From contig MNCI01000412.1 in the NCBI GenBank assembly GCA_015680685.1, forward strand, positions 87,498 through 151,497: a stretch of 64,000 nt of DNA, in the 5' to 3' direction. The DNA comes from Gnetum montanum. Lineage: Eukaryota; Plantae; Gnetophyta. Below, piece by piece: positions 1-12,660 of the stretch. Position 1 is the stretch's first letter, and each line of letters begins with the position of its first letter. The translations under genes and the position numbers were made by a program. Under the pieces are notes generated by a model. It had not been told where the DNA came from and made no database searches. It worked only from the letters and a program-made list of their open reading frames with translations.

Positions 1-1200
1 ACATGCTAACCTGGCCATGTTGACAGTAGGTAGATCAATAATAGAATTAGAGCAACAATTGGTTACTATGTATTCCATGTATAAAAAATAGTTTGTAGAG
101 ATGAAATGCGAAAAATAAAATCTCCACATCATAAACTCTAAGATTCAAGCAGTCAAATGAAGCTAGAAAGACCAAAAAATATGTTGTAGAAAATTTTTCT
201 AGAAGAATGACTAATTATCACAAATTGCAAAAGATGATCAAGGCCTTTAAAATATTCCAACAAGTATCATGTCCTTGTGAAATGCCAATGATGGTAAATA
301 TTGCTAATATAGCATGGAGAGTGTACAATCCCAAGACTAAAGAGGAAAAGATGAGAACATTACTAAATAAGTACTAATTCAAGAAGTCAAAGGACAAAAG
401 AAAAAACCCAATAGAGGAGACACCTCCATCAAAAACATTAAGAAGCTACATCAAATTCTATTATGTTTTATTCTATATTATTTTTATCTTATGTCAATTA
501 TGTGCTACATGATAATTTTGTAACATTATTTGAACAAATATGCAACATGCATAGGTAAAGTTAATCATGTATATATGTCATGATGTTGAGTCCATGTAAT
601 CCCATAAGTTTGTAATGAACTCTATCCTCCTTTTGTTTGAACTTGAAGATGAGTTTGAACTTAATTGTGGTATATGATGAAACCCTTTTGTTAAGGAGTA
701 CAATATCATAGATGTGATATCTTAGCCCAATATATGATGTCATAGGTACAATGTAGTAGGTCATGGTCATGCATATAAATACGAGCTTGCCATTGTGTTG
801 AAACCAATTTTTAGTCAACACTTTGCAAAATTCTTGCAATTTATTTTCTTGAAGTTAGAGTTAGTTGTGAATGCCCATAGTCTAATGAATAGAAATTATA
901 TGACATCTTTATTTGAATGTATTTTCCTTTAACACAATTCATAAATTGCAATAAAAATTGAGATTATTCGTCATCATTGTAGTGTATTACATAGAATAGA
1001 TTTATTTTTTCATGTTATTTACCTTTACTACATCACTTACATTTCCAAAGTCAATTAATATTACAATGTTCATTAGTAAGGTTGAATGAGTACAGCTGGT
1101 TTCAAGTGTAAAGAATAATTATTTGATAAAATAGTCATGATTTTGCTTGATTTTCGTAGTATTAAAGTTGATAATTCTAATAAAAATTACATCATCCTAG
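1..1200 (+). mobile_element. 3' end of an Athila-like LTR retrotransposon related to element C (ORF2 C-terminus plus degenerate 3' LTR)
   Basis: Frame 2 reads HANLAMLTVGRSIIELEQQLVTMYSMY, aligning with C ORF2 YTNLSMLIAGCSRIELEQQVAITYIKY (~14968-15050). 870-1110 (atgcccatagt..atgacatctttatttga..gagattatt..catcattgtag..aatgagtac..tcaagtgt) is colinear with the C LTR at 7958-8185. The right boundary is uncertain (n at 1203). Confidence 0.7.
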
Positions 1201-1459
1201 GNGTACTTTCTAGAAAATTAAAAAATTAAAAATAATTATAGTGGAAAAATGTCCTTCATTTTTCACTCTCAAACCCCAGTGAAGTTTACATTTACCATAA
1301 ATTGCTTGAAGCATTACATTTACCATAAATTTACATAGTACTTGGTTTATTTATCACTCTTTGTAACCAAAACATAACAATGACAAATAATAAAATGCAT
1401 TCATTATTTTTATTGGGTTACAAAGATTAGAAGCTATAATAAAATAAATGTCTATTTTA

Positions 1460-3203
1460 TTACATTTTATATGAAGAGGTGTCAAGGTAGAGTTCATTCT
1501 CGATAGGTTTTAGGAAGCTATAATACCACCTTCCAAATGCTTTGGGAACTTTGTGTAGAGATTTGGTTGAGTTATCCATGTACACAAGACCATATCAAAA
1601 GGTGTATCCATATTTGAATTCAAATTCATCCATCAAACTCCATGAAAAGTATCCCTTTACCTTTTCTCCCTCCTTGTGAGTGTTTAAAAAAATGGTCTAT
1701 GAACAAATTTTCTTCCATTCAATAAAACAAAAAAAAAAAGATCAAAGTTAAAGCTATAACATAGTGTACCTTTGTTGTCTTAGTTTTGATTTACAACTAG
1801 TATATTTTGTGCAATATTTTTTTTAAAAAAATTAGTGTAATGCTCCAACTACAAAAGAAGTATAAAATTTAATTTATAATTTAAAAAGATTTTGATTTAT
1901 AACTTGCACCTTTTTTTCTCTCATTTATCTAGCCTATAGCTTGCACTTAACTCAATGGTCAAATACAAATTATATATCTATAATGAAAAATAATATTCCA
2001 TCTATAACATTTAGGGGAGTCTATTAGCTAAATTATATCCCATGTATATGGACAACATGTTTGCTAGATCTTTGTATTGCAATGTGCAAGGAAAAAATTT
2101 CAAAGAGGCAAAGGGAGCATTCATGGAAAATAATAATCCATAAGGATTTAGAAATATTTTTCAACACAAGATTTCTTACCAAAATTATTATGGAATACAT
2201 TGGTAAAATAGCAACTTGGATAATTTTCAATAAAGTAGATGAACTAAAGTTCAACCTAATTTCTAGAAGATTCTCTCAATTGAATTATAGATATATATTA
2301 TAAGCATATAAATAAACTAATGTAATAAGTTTTCCATGCCAGAAATTTTAACACTAACATTGTTGATAAGCTTAAATTTTGTAATTTTAATTTATAATCT
2401 AAATGCACCTAAATCATAATACTCAACCTACTAACCTTATATACTATACTCATTTGGTATCGCAAGAGAAAAAAAATACCATACCATCATTCCAAATAAT
2501 TATAGTATTCATTACAATGTTAACAATTTTTTTAAAAAAAATCCTATGTTTTTATAAATAATAATTTTTTCATTCTCTTCTTACTCATGAATTGTATCCT
2601 CATCATCTCTTGTGTCCTTTTTATATTACACATCTTTATCAACAAACTCACAAGTCAAGAACAAATAAGCCATGGCATGCATCGAACGTGATGATGGTGC
2701 TTAATAATATGTAAAAATTTTTAAATTGAATTTAAAATTCAATACGTAATTAATTATTTTAATTAACATTAATTACCTCATAGCCTTTCTAAGTTGTCTC
2801 AAGTATTCTTGATGATATCCAACTCTATGTATGTTTTGTGTGGGATCATGCTTCACCAAAGATGTGTTCTTAGATAGTCCTATAACATAGAAGAACCAAA
2901 GTTTACATTAGACTAGAGAAGAGAATGTAGACAAGAATTAAGTGTTAAAGGACGGAAAAATCTGAAACTAGAGCTAAAATTAACATTCTTTATAATATAT
3001 ATGTCTAGGTAATTGTATCTTTGGTTAATGTACAAAACAATATCCTTGATTTTTCTAGAAATGTAGAAATCCATTTCCTCATCTGTTTGTAGAGGTGCCT
3101 ATGGTGGGAGATAAAATAAATTTTGATGTGAAAACTAAACTAACATACTCTTTTATCCCTAAATTTTTTTTATTATCAAGAATTAATTTTGGTTACCTAG
3201 TGA
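1460..3203 (-). pseudogene. GH1 pseudogene, 3' exon block (end of the interrupted exon plus last three exons)
   Basis: Donor gtaacc just left of element A; nucleophile motif ITENG degraded to IIKN(G); terminal exon VKGYFSWSLMDEFE ending at TAA 1460-1462. Confidence 0.9.
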
Positions 3204-3204
3204 C

Positions 3205-4161
3205 TAGTTCAAGGGTTACACCTCAATAGACCCCAATAGGATCCAATCCATAACTTCCAAGTACATCTATCTTAGAAAATAAGAAAAATATAATAAAATA
3301 GAGAAAATTTTCCTTACATTAAGAAAATTCTCCAAAATACATAGAAAATATGTCAAGGATAAGAAGCCAAGCTCAACCTACAACTCTCCCAAGGATCTTA
3401 GAGGCTACACTTGTCCTCTCATAATCCTTAATTGCTCACAATGGAGTCTTAGCTCAAGACAAGACACTTATAAGAGATTCTCCTAACCTCTCTCAAGTGC
3501 TCTCCCTTGACTCTGACTTAACTTTCTTACACAAGCTATCCTTCTCCAACTCTCAAAATCTTTTTCTCCTATTCAAGGTTAGGATTATCCTCTTACAATG
3601 TTGAATTACATCAATATTTATAAGCAACTAAAACATGAGAATCCTGGAAACCTTATTTCAACTCAACTTGAAATTCTTTAAATATTTTCCAAGTCTTCTC
3701 ATCTTCTCCCTAGCTATTTCCACCTTTCTTTGGTTATTTTCTGAATTGGAATGGACATTTTCAAAAGCTTCCCCATCCCAAATGCCACATTATATCCTTT
3801 TTCCCTGCCAACATAGACGTCTCTAGTTTCATGTAGATGTCTCCTATGAAAGCCCTACTCTCAAGAGAGACATCTACTAATTTTGGTAGATGTCTTCTTT
3901 GGACTTGGGACATCTATACTTTAGGACAGAAGTTTATCCTAAAGGTGCCAAGAATAAAAATGCTTGTTTTTATATCACGAGCCTTTAGATAACTAACAAC
4001 AAGTCTCGATAGATCCTAGAACCTTCTAAACTCATTAAAATAATCCCAAAAACCCTAAAAAATGCTTAAACATCCAAGAATCATCCCCAATAGAATCAAC
4101 TCATAAAGACACATAACATTTAGGGTAGAATAATAGGATTGGAAGAGGTGTCCCTACTCCA
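3205..4161 (-). repeat. 3' LTR of element A
   Basis: Colinear with 19429-20410 over ~960 bp; PPT adjacent on the inside. Confidence 0.88.
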
Positions 4162-5424
4162 ACTCTCTCACCCTTAAAAGTGTCATGCTTCATGACCTTT
4201 CACAAGCTAAAAGTATCCATACCTCCATGACTCAAGGCCATTACAATAATCATAACTCAATGCATTACAAACATGAGGATAAATATCATTAGAGGTTTTG
4301 GTTTTGAGCTTCCCTTGTTCATGGGGGCTTGTTCTCATGTCTAACCATGCTTCCTTCATTTGATCATCTCATTGGAATGCTTTCCTTGCATCCCCATGAT
4401 GACTTAAACATGCAACAAATAAAGAATAAGAAAAATAAAAGGATTAGGCTTTCTTAATTCAACATCCTTTCTTCTCTTCTTTTTCCTCATCTTCACATTC
4501 TTCTTCTTGGTGGATGGAAGACTATTACTTATGTTCCTTTCATTACAACCATGTAGATTGCCTTCATGGTGCATTTCCATTTTACAGCCAAGATAATCAA
4601 ATCCATCAACACACTTCACAAATTTATCATTGTTATAATCAATAGCAAACATCTCCAAATTTTGAAAAATCAAATCATTATCAATGTCTTTACTCACATC
4701 AATAATGACCTTTTTACAAGGACTATTCCAAAAGGCATCATCATCAATGGCATCAAAATTCATAACAAGACTCTCAATCCCATAATCACCACAATAATCA
4801 TGATGCTTATCATTACCATTGAACAATTCACCATCCTTCACACTAGCTTCAACATGAGAGACAGTACTACCATCAACAAGGTAAAGCTCACCCTTACTTA
4901 CCTTTTCATGGCTTCTCCCATCTATCTTTAACATATGGCTACTCAATCTGATCAAATCTTGAATGTTCAAGATTCCAAATAGATGTTCCTAGTTCCAATG
5001 GTTTTCCTCTTCAAAGGAATCATCAACAAGCTCTTCATCCCACTTTAGAGGTACCAACTGAAAAAGTGAACTTTCCTCCATGGCCTTAACATTAGATTCA
5101 TCAAAAACATCATTAAAGTAATCATTCTTCCACATACCTTGGCTAGAAGACTCACCTCTCTCCCATGAGATAGTCCTAACTTGACTTAGAATCTTCTTTC
5201 CCTTGCCACAAGGTGTAGAAAAATTACAAAAAGAATGAGTATCATACCTTCTAATGCTACCCTTGATCCTCCTTAAAGATGTCACTTAATCTATGCCACT
5301 TTCTTAGCTTAAATCCTTCGCCTTCCATGACTCATAGGGTAGCAACTCTCCTTGATTAGCAACATACATCATCTTGGAATTTGAAGATCTCTTGGTCCCT
5401 TTTATGAAGCTCTTGGTTTCCTCC

Positions 5425-5996
5425 TGTTACATCCCCATTCCCAAATGATGCTATTTCCTAATAAAGATGGTGCCTTTTCATAACAAATGTTATTGTTATT
5501 TTAAAAATACTTAAAAAGGTAGTTGTGATTAAGACTTGAAAGGACATGTAGTAATAATGGACATGTCTCTTAAGGTAACCTTTGGGGGTTTGAAGCAAGG
5601 CATTTATATTCAAGGTTAAAGGTTGTGCCAACATGGAGTGGTAGATTTGGAATAGGCAAGTCATAGGAAGTTGGGTGAAGTAGGATAGGAAGCGGACTGG
5701 CCATCCCTTCTAGCTAGGTTATAGGCCTAACCATGATGGCAGTGCTGGATTGCCTCTAAGGGACAGATGCCAAAGGAAGAAAACCCCAAGGAATACTCTT
5801 GGAGCACGATCTAGATATACTATTCCATATCAATAAATCATTCTTTTCTTTCTATTTCTACATTTTTCCTATTATTTCCTTTATACTAATGTTGAATATC
5901 ACTTATATTTTACATTTGGTATATTCTTTGTATGCATAATGTATAATATATCATATATTTGATGCTTTCCATGACATCTGAGAATGGGATGTCACA
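5425..5996 (+). repeat. 5' LTR of element B
   Basis: 572 bp, TG...CA, colinear with 18390-18961. Confidence 0.93.
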
Positions 5997-7744
5997 ATTG
6001 GTATCAAAGCAAATCATGACCCAAGGGCCATTCAGAACCATGGGCTGACTACAACATGAACTTGATGATGAATCTTGAAGCCACAACATAGGAGATCCAT
6101 TGATCAGCACCAGATGGATCATATATCTATGATGTAATTTAGAAGATACCTTTCCATTGATTTCACAAACAAAGGATCAAGCATCTAGATCCTAGCAGTC
6201 AACAAAATTATTTTAAGGATATCATTAACCAATGAAGATTTGATTATGCCTCATTAAGATTCATCAATTACAAGAGATGTTAGATTAGAAATTAACTTGG
6301 AATTGTTGTTTACCCATACCGAACCTTCATCTTGTCATCGATCAAATCACCACATCAACCCCTAAGGTGGAATAAAATAATAATAAAAAGCTTTTAAAAA
6401 AATTTTTAAAGTAGAAGGTTGCAGGTTCAAGCCCCAACCTCCACTATAAACAAATATATATCTATCTATATTTAAAAATAATTAAAAAGAATAATAATAA
6501 AAAGAACAACAACATTTTTTTTAGGTAGGAGCTTGTGGGTTCAAACCTTGATCCCTCAATTTTAAAAGTTTTTTTCCATAAAAAATAAATGGAAATTATA
6601 ATAATAATGATAATAATTTATTTATTAAAAAAATTTAGGCTGCATCATTGACCCTATAGGCCACACTGACCTTGTAGAGGCCACACCACCCCTATTCTAG
6701 CTATCGTTGTCCGTGACTACCACTGCTATTCTGCGTGCCTACTACTATTCACCTTCCTAGGTTCTCTTTGCTACTATTTTGCCATACCCACTACCTGCTG
6801 TTGCACCTAAAACCTATAGCAATTGAGGTTGGCATTTCTACCATGCTCTCCACCTCGTCACCTCTAACACGAGCACCCCTACAACCACCGCCCTAGAGCA
6901 CTATCACTACCATTCCTTGGATTACACTATGTCACCTACTATAAAAACCTACCCCTATAGTCTACAAAAATACTCATTGCATTTTTCACAACTGTTGTTG
7001 ATTGTGCCACTATTTTTGGATTACACCTTGAAATGGCTATTGTCTATGCAAAAAAAAATTTCCATCAATAGACAAGAAAATTAAACTTCTTGACAATTAA
7101 CAGGAATTTTAAAATTCCTGTCAGCTGATGGAAAAATTGAAAAATATATATTTACATCAGTAGTTCTAAATTTAAATTGAAAACATGCACAAATATTTTC
7201 AAACATTAGAATTGTTGCACTAGTAACAATATAGACAAAAATTTCACAATTACGCATGCTTGCACTAGAGTAGAACAAGGATGGGTGATCTCTCTCGAAG
7301 TTTCATTTTTCATGACAAAGGTCCTAGACTTTAGAAACCATAACTTTTGAATTTGGAAGCCTTTTTTGATGAACAAATAGTTGTTTCCTATTGTTCTCAA
7401 CCTTCTGAATACAATGGTGAAGTTAGATTCATCCAAAGGAACCCCCAAACTTAGTTTTTACTCCTTGCCTGATATAGTATCTTGGTATCCTCAAAACTTT
7501 AATTTTCACACAACCTGAGCATACGATGTTCTTTCTCAACATATGAATAGTCATTTCCAACATTTTTCACTTTTCTAAACTCAATGGTAAGGTCAAATTT
7601 ATCATCTAGACACTCAATAATTGGATGATGTCATAAATTCAACTTTTTAGGCTTTAAGATTTAGTACATGACCCTTGCAAATAGTCTTAAGATCACTATG
7701 GCATGTCAGTAGTTACATTACCGGAGTCAGTGTTCTTAAGGGGG

Positions 7745-8582
7745 TGATGAGTTATCATTTTGTTGGCTGTGATAAGGTAGTCATGATATCACATACATGA
7801 TATCGCATCCTAGATACGATATCGCGTACGTGATATCGCAGCCTATCTCCTCATCTATAAATAAGAGGTAGAGAGATCTAGTAGGCATTTTTTTAGAGTC
7901 TTTAAGTTTAAGTTTCTTTCTACATAAGTTTTCCTCTCAATCCTTCTCTCCCAGTGTATGCCCACAGTGTGGTGATTGTAATTGTATGACATCCTTATTT
8001 GAGTGTGACGTACTTGGACATGCACATGACCGGAAATAAAGATCGAGATTACTTCATCATTGTAGCATCCACTTAGCTTAATTATATATTTAATTATTAT
8101 TTACTACTTTCATGGTTAATATCTCTCTACCATTATCTCCTAGTAATGCATAATGAGTACGACTTAATTACAAGCATTCAAGTGTGACTACTTGGTAACC
8201 TAGTAGCATACTTAGGCCATGCACTTGGTAATCCTAGTGGTAGTTGTGCACAAGGTCCAATATGTGTATGGATGACTAAGGAATGGATGCTCATCACACT
8301 TAGGCTAGCTTAGACTCTCTCTGTCTCTCTCTCGTAGTTTAGTTGATATTATTTTCCATTAGCCCCAAGAGTAGCATTAGTATAGGAACACATCATACAC
8401 CTCACTCTAGACTAAACCATATGTGATAAAGCTAATACTAGTCTAGGTGGGAAGACAACAAAATGTGATCTATGAGTAACTATCTAGAAACCACAACTAG
8501 CCCATCTATGGAGTTTGATCGGATCGTGCTCGAAATGCTTGTATTCATATGGTTGAGTGTAGGGGTACCTCACCACTCATCA
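7745..8582 (+). repeat. 5' LTR of element C
   Basis: Colinear with 15651-16463; GATATCGC repeats followed by CTATAAATA at ~7855. Confidence 0.93.
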
Positions 8583-8723
8583 TTGGTGTTGTTTCTGGGG
8601 ATGGTGCTAGTTATCTAGGTTAGTTATATCATACAAGTTCATTGTATAGGAATTAACAATATATCTTTCAGGAAGAAATAATCACAAAAATTCACATACA
8701 AATTCACACAGAATTTCACAACC

Positions 8724-9915
8724 ATGCCTCTCCTACAAGACTACGATAATGCCATATCTAGTGAGGCAATTCGTTGGAGAATCAACGAATTGTATGACAA
8801 TGAAGATTGGAGTACACAATCTAAGGTGGGGGTTTATTATAAACATAAACAAAGGTAGCATCATCCCAACACATGAAAGCATAACTTACTTGATGATGAT
8901 GAACTCCTAGTGGCCACTACAAGCCTAACACAAATAAAGGAGGTTGTTTGAATCTCCTGAATGCATCATAAAGAGAGCTACCTACCCACGCTCAATTTAA
9001 ACAACTTTTTCAATTTCTTAGGAGGTTACAACTTAGATCCGCAAAAACATTTACAAGCCTTCTATGGTGCCTGTGCATGTAACAACATTGATAATAGTTG
9101 GCAAAAGCTCAAGCTCTTTCCTATGACACTTGTTGACTAAGCAAAAGTATGGTATAGATCATTAAAAACCAAATTCAATACGACATTGGCCAACAATGGT
9201 ATAACTCTTTAATGAATGATATCAAACCTATGCAAGAGTGTTAGCCTTGAGGAAACAAATCCAAGAGTGGAAACAAGCACAACATGAACCCTTGGACATG
9301 GCCTTAGAAAAATATTATGCACTGTTAAATAACTGTCCAGGCCATGAGTTCTCTGAGGAAAGGCTAATGTAACATATCATTGATGGACTTTGTGATGAAA
9401 CAAGAGAAACCCTACGGATGTATGCCCAAGGTCAACTATACAAACTATGAATCCATCAATTCCAAGAGCTTATTAAGTGGGTAGCAAAAGAAGAAGGAGA
9501 AATGGCTAGATGGGAGAGTATTGAAAAACATCAACGGGACCAAAATCTCAACTTAACAGAGGTCCATAATCATAAAAAGGATAAATCAACCAATCTCAAG
9601 GAGGAAGAACCACATTTGCCAACCCAAAAATCACTAGAAGAAGTTGAGGAAAAGATCAATAAGATGTTGGAATGGATGCATAAAAAGTATGGAGAATATA
9701 TTGATATTATTGGAGATAGAGTTTTGACAACCCGAGAAGCAAGACAAAGTATCATTAGACAATTGGAAAGAAGGGATGAGGAAGATAAGGGCTCAACTAC
9801 TAATCATAAGTATGAATGCAACCTTTTCTTGTACGATCGCCCCAAGGGCCAATGCCCAGTCTTGTTACATTTATATAAGCATTGGGAAAGCACGTTACAC
9901 CCAGAGTTCATATAG
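8724..9915 (+). pseudogene. gag: gag of element C (degenerate)
   Basis: FLGGYNLDPQKHLQAFYGAC..LKLFPMTLVD*AKVWYRSL and W.Q...EPL...LEKYYALLNNCPGH, which is Athila-type retrotransposon gag. Confidence 0.85.
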
Positions 9916-12119
9916 AGATACTATGTTCAATCATAGTGGAAAAAATCCCAGTCATGGGGGAAGCCACCCCTAAACTGGAGACACCCTTCACATCATCCGA
10001 ATCTAAATGCTTATCTAGTTCAACATCCTGTTTCCCCAACTGGGTCAACATACTCTATCCCTCCACATTATCATTCTCCTCAATACTATCAACCCATGTC
10101 TTCAACACAACCACTGCCTTGTGTACCTTACACTTCTCCTCAATTTCAACATTCTCAACCTTTCCCTCCTTCTACATCACCACCAATTATTCTTGAAGTG
10201 TCTGCACCATAGCAACAACCTATGAACATTACTTATGCTACTATTGGCAATAGCAATAAGAGGCCTCCTCAACATCGAAAATTACCCTGCTTTAGACATG
10301 ACCATAGGAAGGGACAACATAGTTCCAAGGCCATTGCATTCTCCTCAGCACAAGTCCAACACTATGGTGCATCCTTCTCCTTGAACCTAGTGCCTCGTGT
10401 CACTTCATTAGGGCCACCAATTAACACTCCAACAACCATACGGCCCAATGAATACAATCATAAAGAGTGACATCCTGATCCTTGCATATCATCTTATGGT
10501 CTCAAGTATCATAGTCGGTCAACTCTTTATCTAGGAACCACATCTTATAAATTGTCCCACTACGCTTACTATAATCAGGTGTGTGAACCCCAATGGGGTA
10601 AGTATGACCAAGTTTCCATATTTCGAACATGCAAGGATCCTCATCTTTCAATTATTAATCCTTTCCATGCTCAATCGTTTAGTTATGGGGGATATCCCCC
10701 ATTCTAATAACAAGTAGGATTAATAAATATTTTTGATTTTCTTTAATTTTACAATTTTTTGTTTTCTAGTTTTTCATTTTTCAATTTCTTGTTTTATCTT
10801 TTTTTCTTTTGTCTTTTTATATTATTTTTATAAATAATCTCATCTACGAATAAAACACTTATGTGGCTCATTAGTTGAGGTATGTTCTATGTTATTGAGT
10901 CTTGATGATCAGTTATTTGGAGAGTGAGCCCATTACACCCACTCATCCACTCTACAAATAAGAGGTCCTATTCGAGGGTATAGTGATATTCTTGACATTT
11001 TTTAAAACTTAAAACTAATTTTGTGTTCATTGTACCCAGAATGAAGAATCATGGACTTAGAGGGAATGATTAGGGTGTGACATCAAGGGGACTTGAAAAT
11101 TCTCTTTGGTGATGTCTATGAGAGTTATCATGCAACATGGTTATACTAAGATCCTTGTAGATATAACACAAAATGGGAGTAAGAGTAATAGAAAGGCATT
11201 CAAAAATCCAATGTTGTTCTAGGGGGTCCCATTGGAAAGACATGCATCCATGCCTAAAGGTTGGTGGCTTATCTAGATTCAGTAATAAAAAAAAAGATAG
11301 AAAAGAAGAACGAAAAATAAAAGAAAGAAAAGAAACAAAAAGGCGAAGTGCCACAAAGAAAAAATCACTCCTCCTGAACAAAATGCCAAGTGATCATATG
11401 CCTTGTTGTTATGGTACTCTTATAGTCACTCATCATGGGATGAAACAATGTGGTGTCATTGATCAGAGGAATGGACTTTGTCCTGATCCTGGAATGATGG
11501 GTTAATGACACATTAATCATGCTTTACACGTAGGATTCACTGTGCCCTGGGTCAGTTACCTCATATCCCAATCTCTACAATCCCTTCTATAGTCCATCTC
11601 ATCTCATTGTTCATGTAATTATTGCTTGTGTCTCGCATAGAGTAGAATTCTTACCTCATTCCAATGGTATCTACATGTGTGCGTTTTGCGAAACTGGTAT
11701 GGACTACATTTAACCCTTCTAGTTCCTATAGACACTTTTAAGTGTGGTTATGCAAGGGCATTATAGGTTGGAACCTACTTTGGGGAGGATCCACTTGCAT
11801 AATTTTTTATAATTTGCACTTATAACACATCTCGCACACACCCTCTATTATCCTCTTTGTATTTTCAATGATATTATTTCCCTTATTACTATCCCTCTAA
11901 ATTCCAACATTCCTATGAACCATCACATGGCCCTTTTCTCTCCCTTACCACCTGAGGCCCTTAGTGATTAATTCCACCCACACATAATTATTCGTGCCTT
12001 CAGAACTAGCTAAATTATCCTTGAACCCTTTAACATTTGCCTACATGTCCTTAATTTACATTGTTAATTTCAGAAAAAATCTTAAAATTCGGTATATTTT
12101 GTTGTGCCTTAAATATTGA

Positions 12120-12660
12120 TAGGCCATGATATCGCATACACGATATTGCAGTTGATGGGATATTGCATCATAGAAAACCTATATATAGGTGACCCCCAAC
12201 ACCACTTGCCATCATTTTCAACCATTCATGTGGGGGATTTTTTCAAATTTCTCTCTATGACTTGTGATTGCACGTCCCTTGCTCTCATACCTATATCTCG
12301 CTCGTTGGTCCTCTGATTTTCATTCTATCTGAACCTACTTGAACCTAGAGTGTTTAGCTTAGTCATGGGAGAGGGGCACACACTGAATAGAGCATAAATT
12401 TTTTGAAATTTTTCATCACTTGAAGGACATTATCAAGGGTAATTAGTTATAACATTAAGGATAAATGTGCCAAAAATAATTTCATCCCCTTAGTTATACT
12501 GGGAAAGTAAATTTGAAAACCAACTAAGTAAAAATGACTCACTATTATAATCTTTTAGGAAACATCACACAGAGATAAAATAAATTTATTCAGGTAAGTA
12601 GTAAGGTATACCCTAAATTTGGAAACAACCTTATTAACAATTGGCCCCGTGTGATTGCAG
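12120..12660 (+). promoter_or_regulatory. Putative internal promoter and spliced leader for ORF2 of element C
   Basis: LTR-type catgatatcgcatacacgatattgcag at ~12125-12151; CCTATATATAGG at ~12178-12189; intron cag|GTAAGT...TTGCAG|ATG at 12594-12660. Confidence 0.5.

Noticed and set aside
6358-7744. DNA transposon with CCCCT(T)AAG-like TIRs inside B
   Set aside because: The match is only ~8 bp and imperfect, with no TSD; it cannot be supported without a family alignment.
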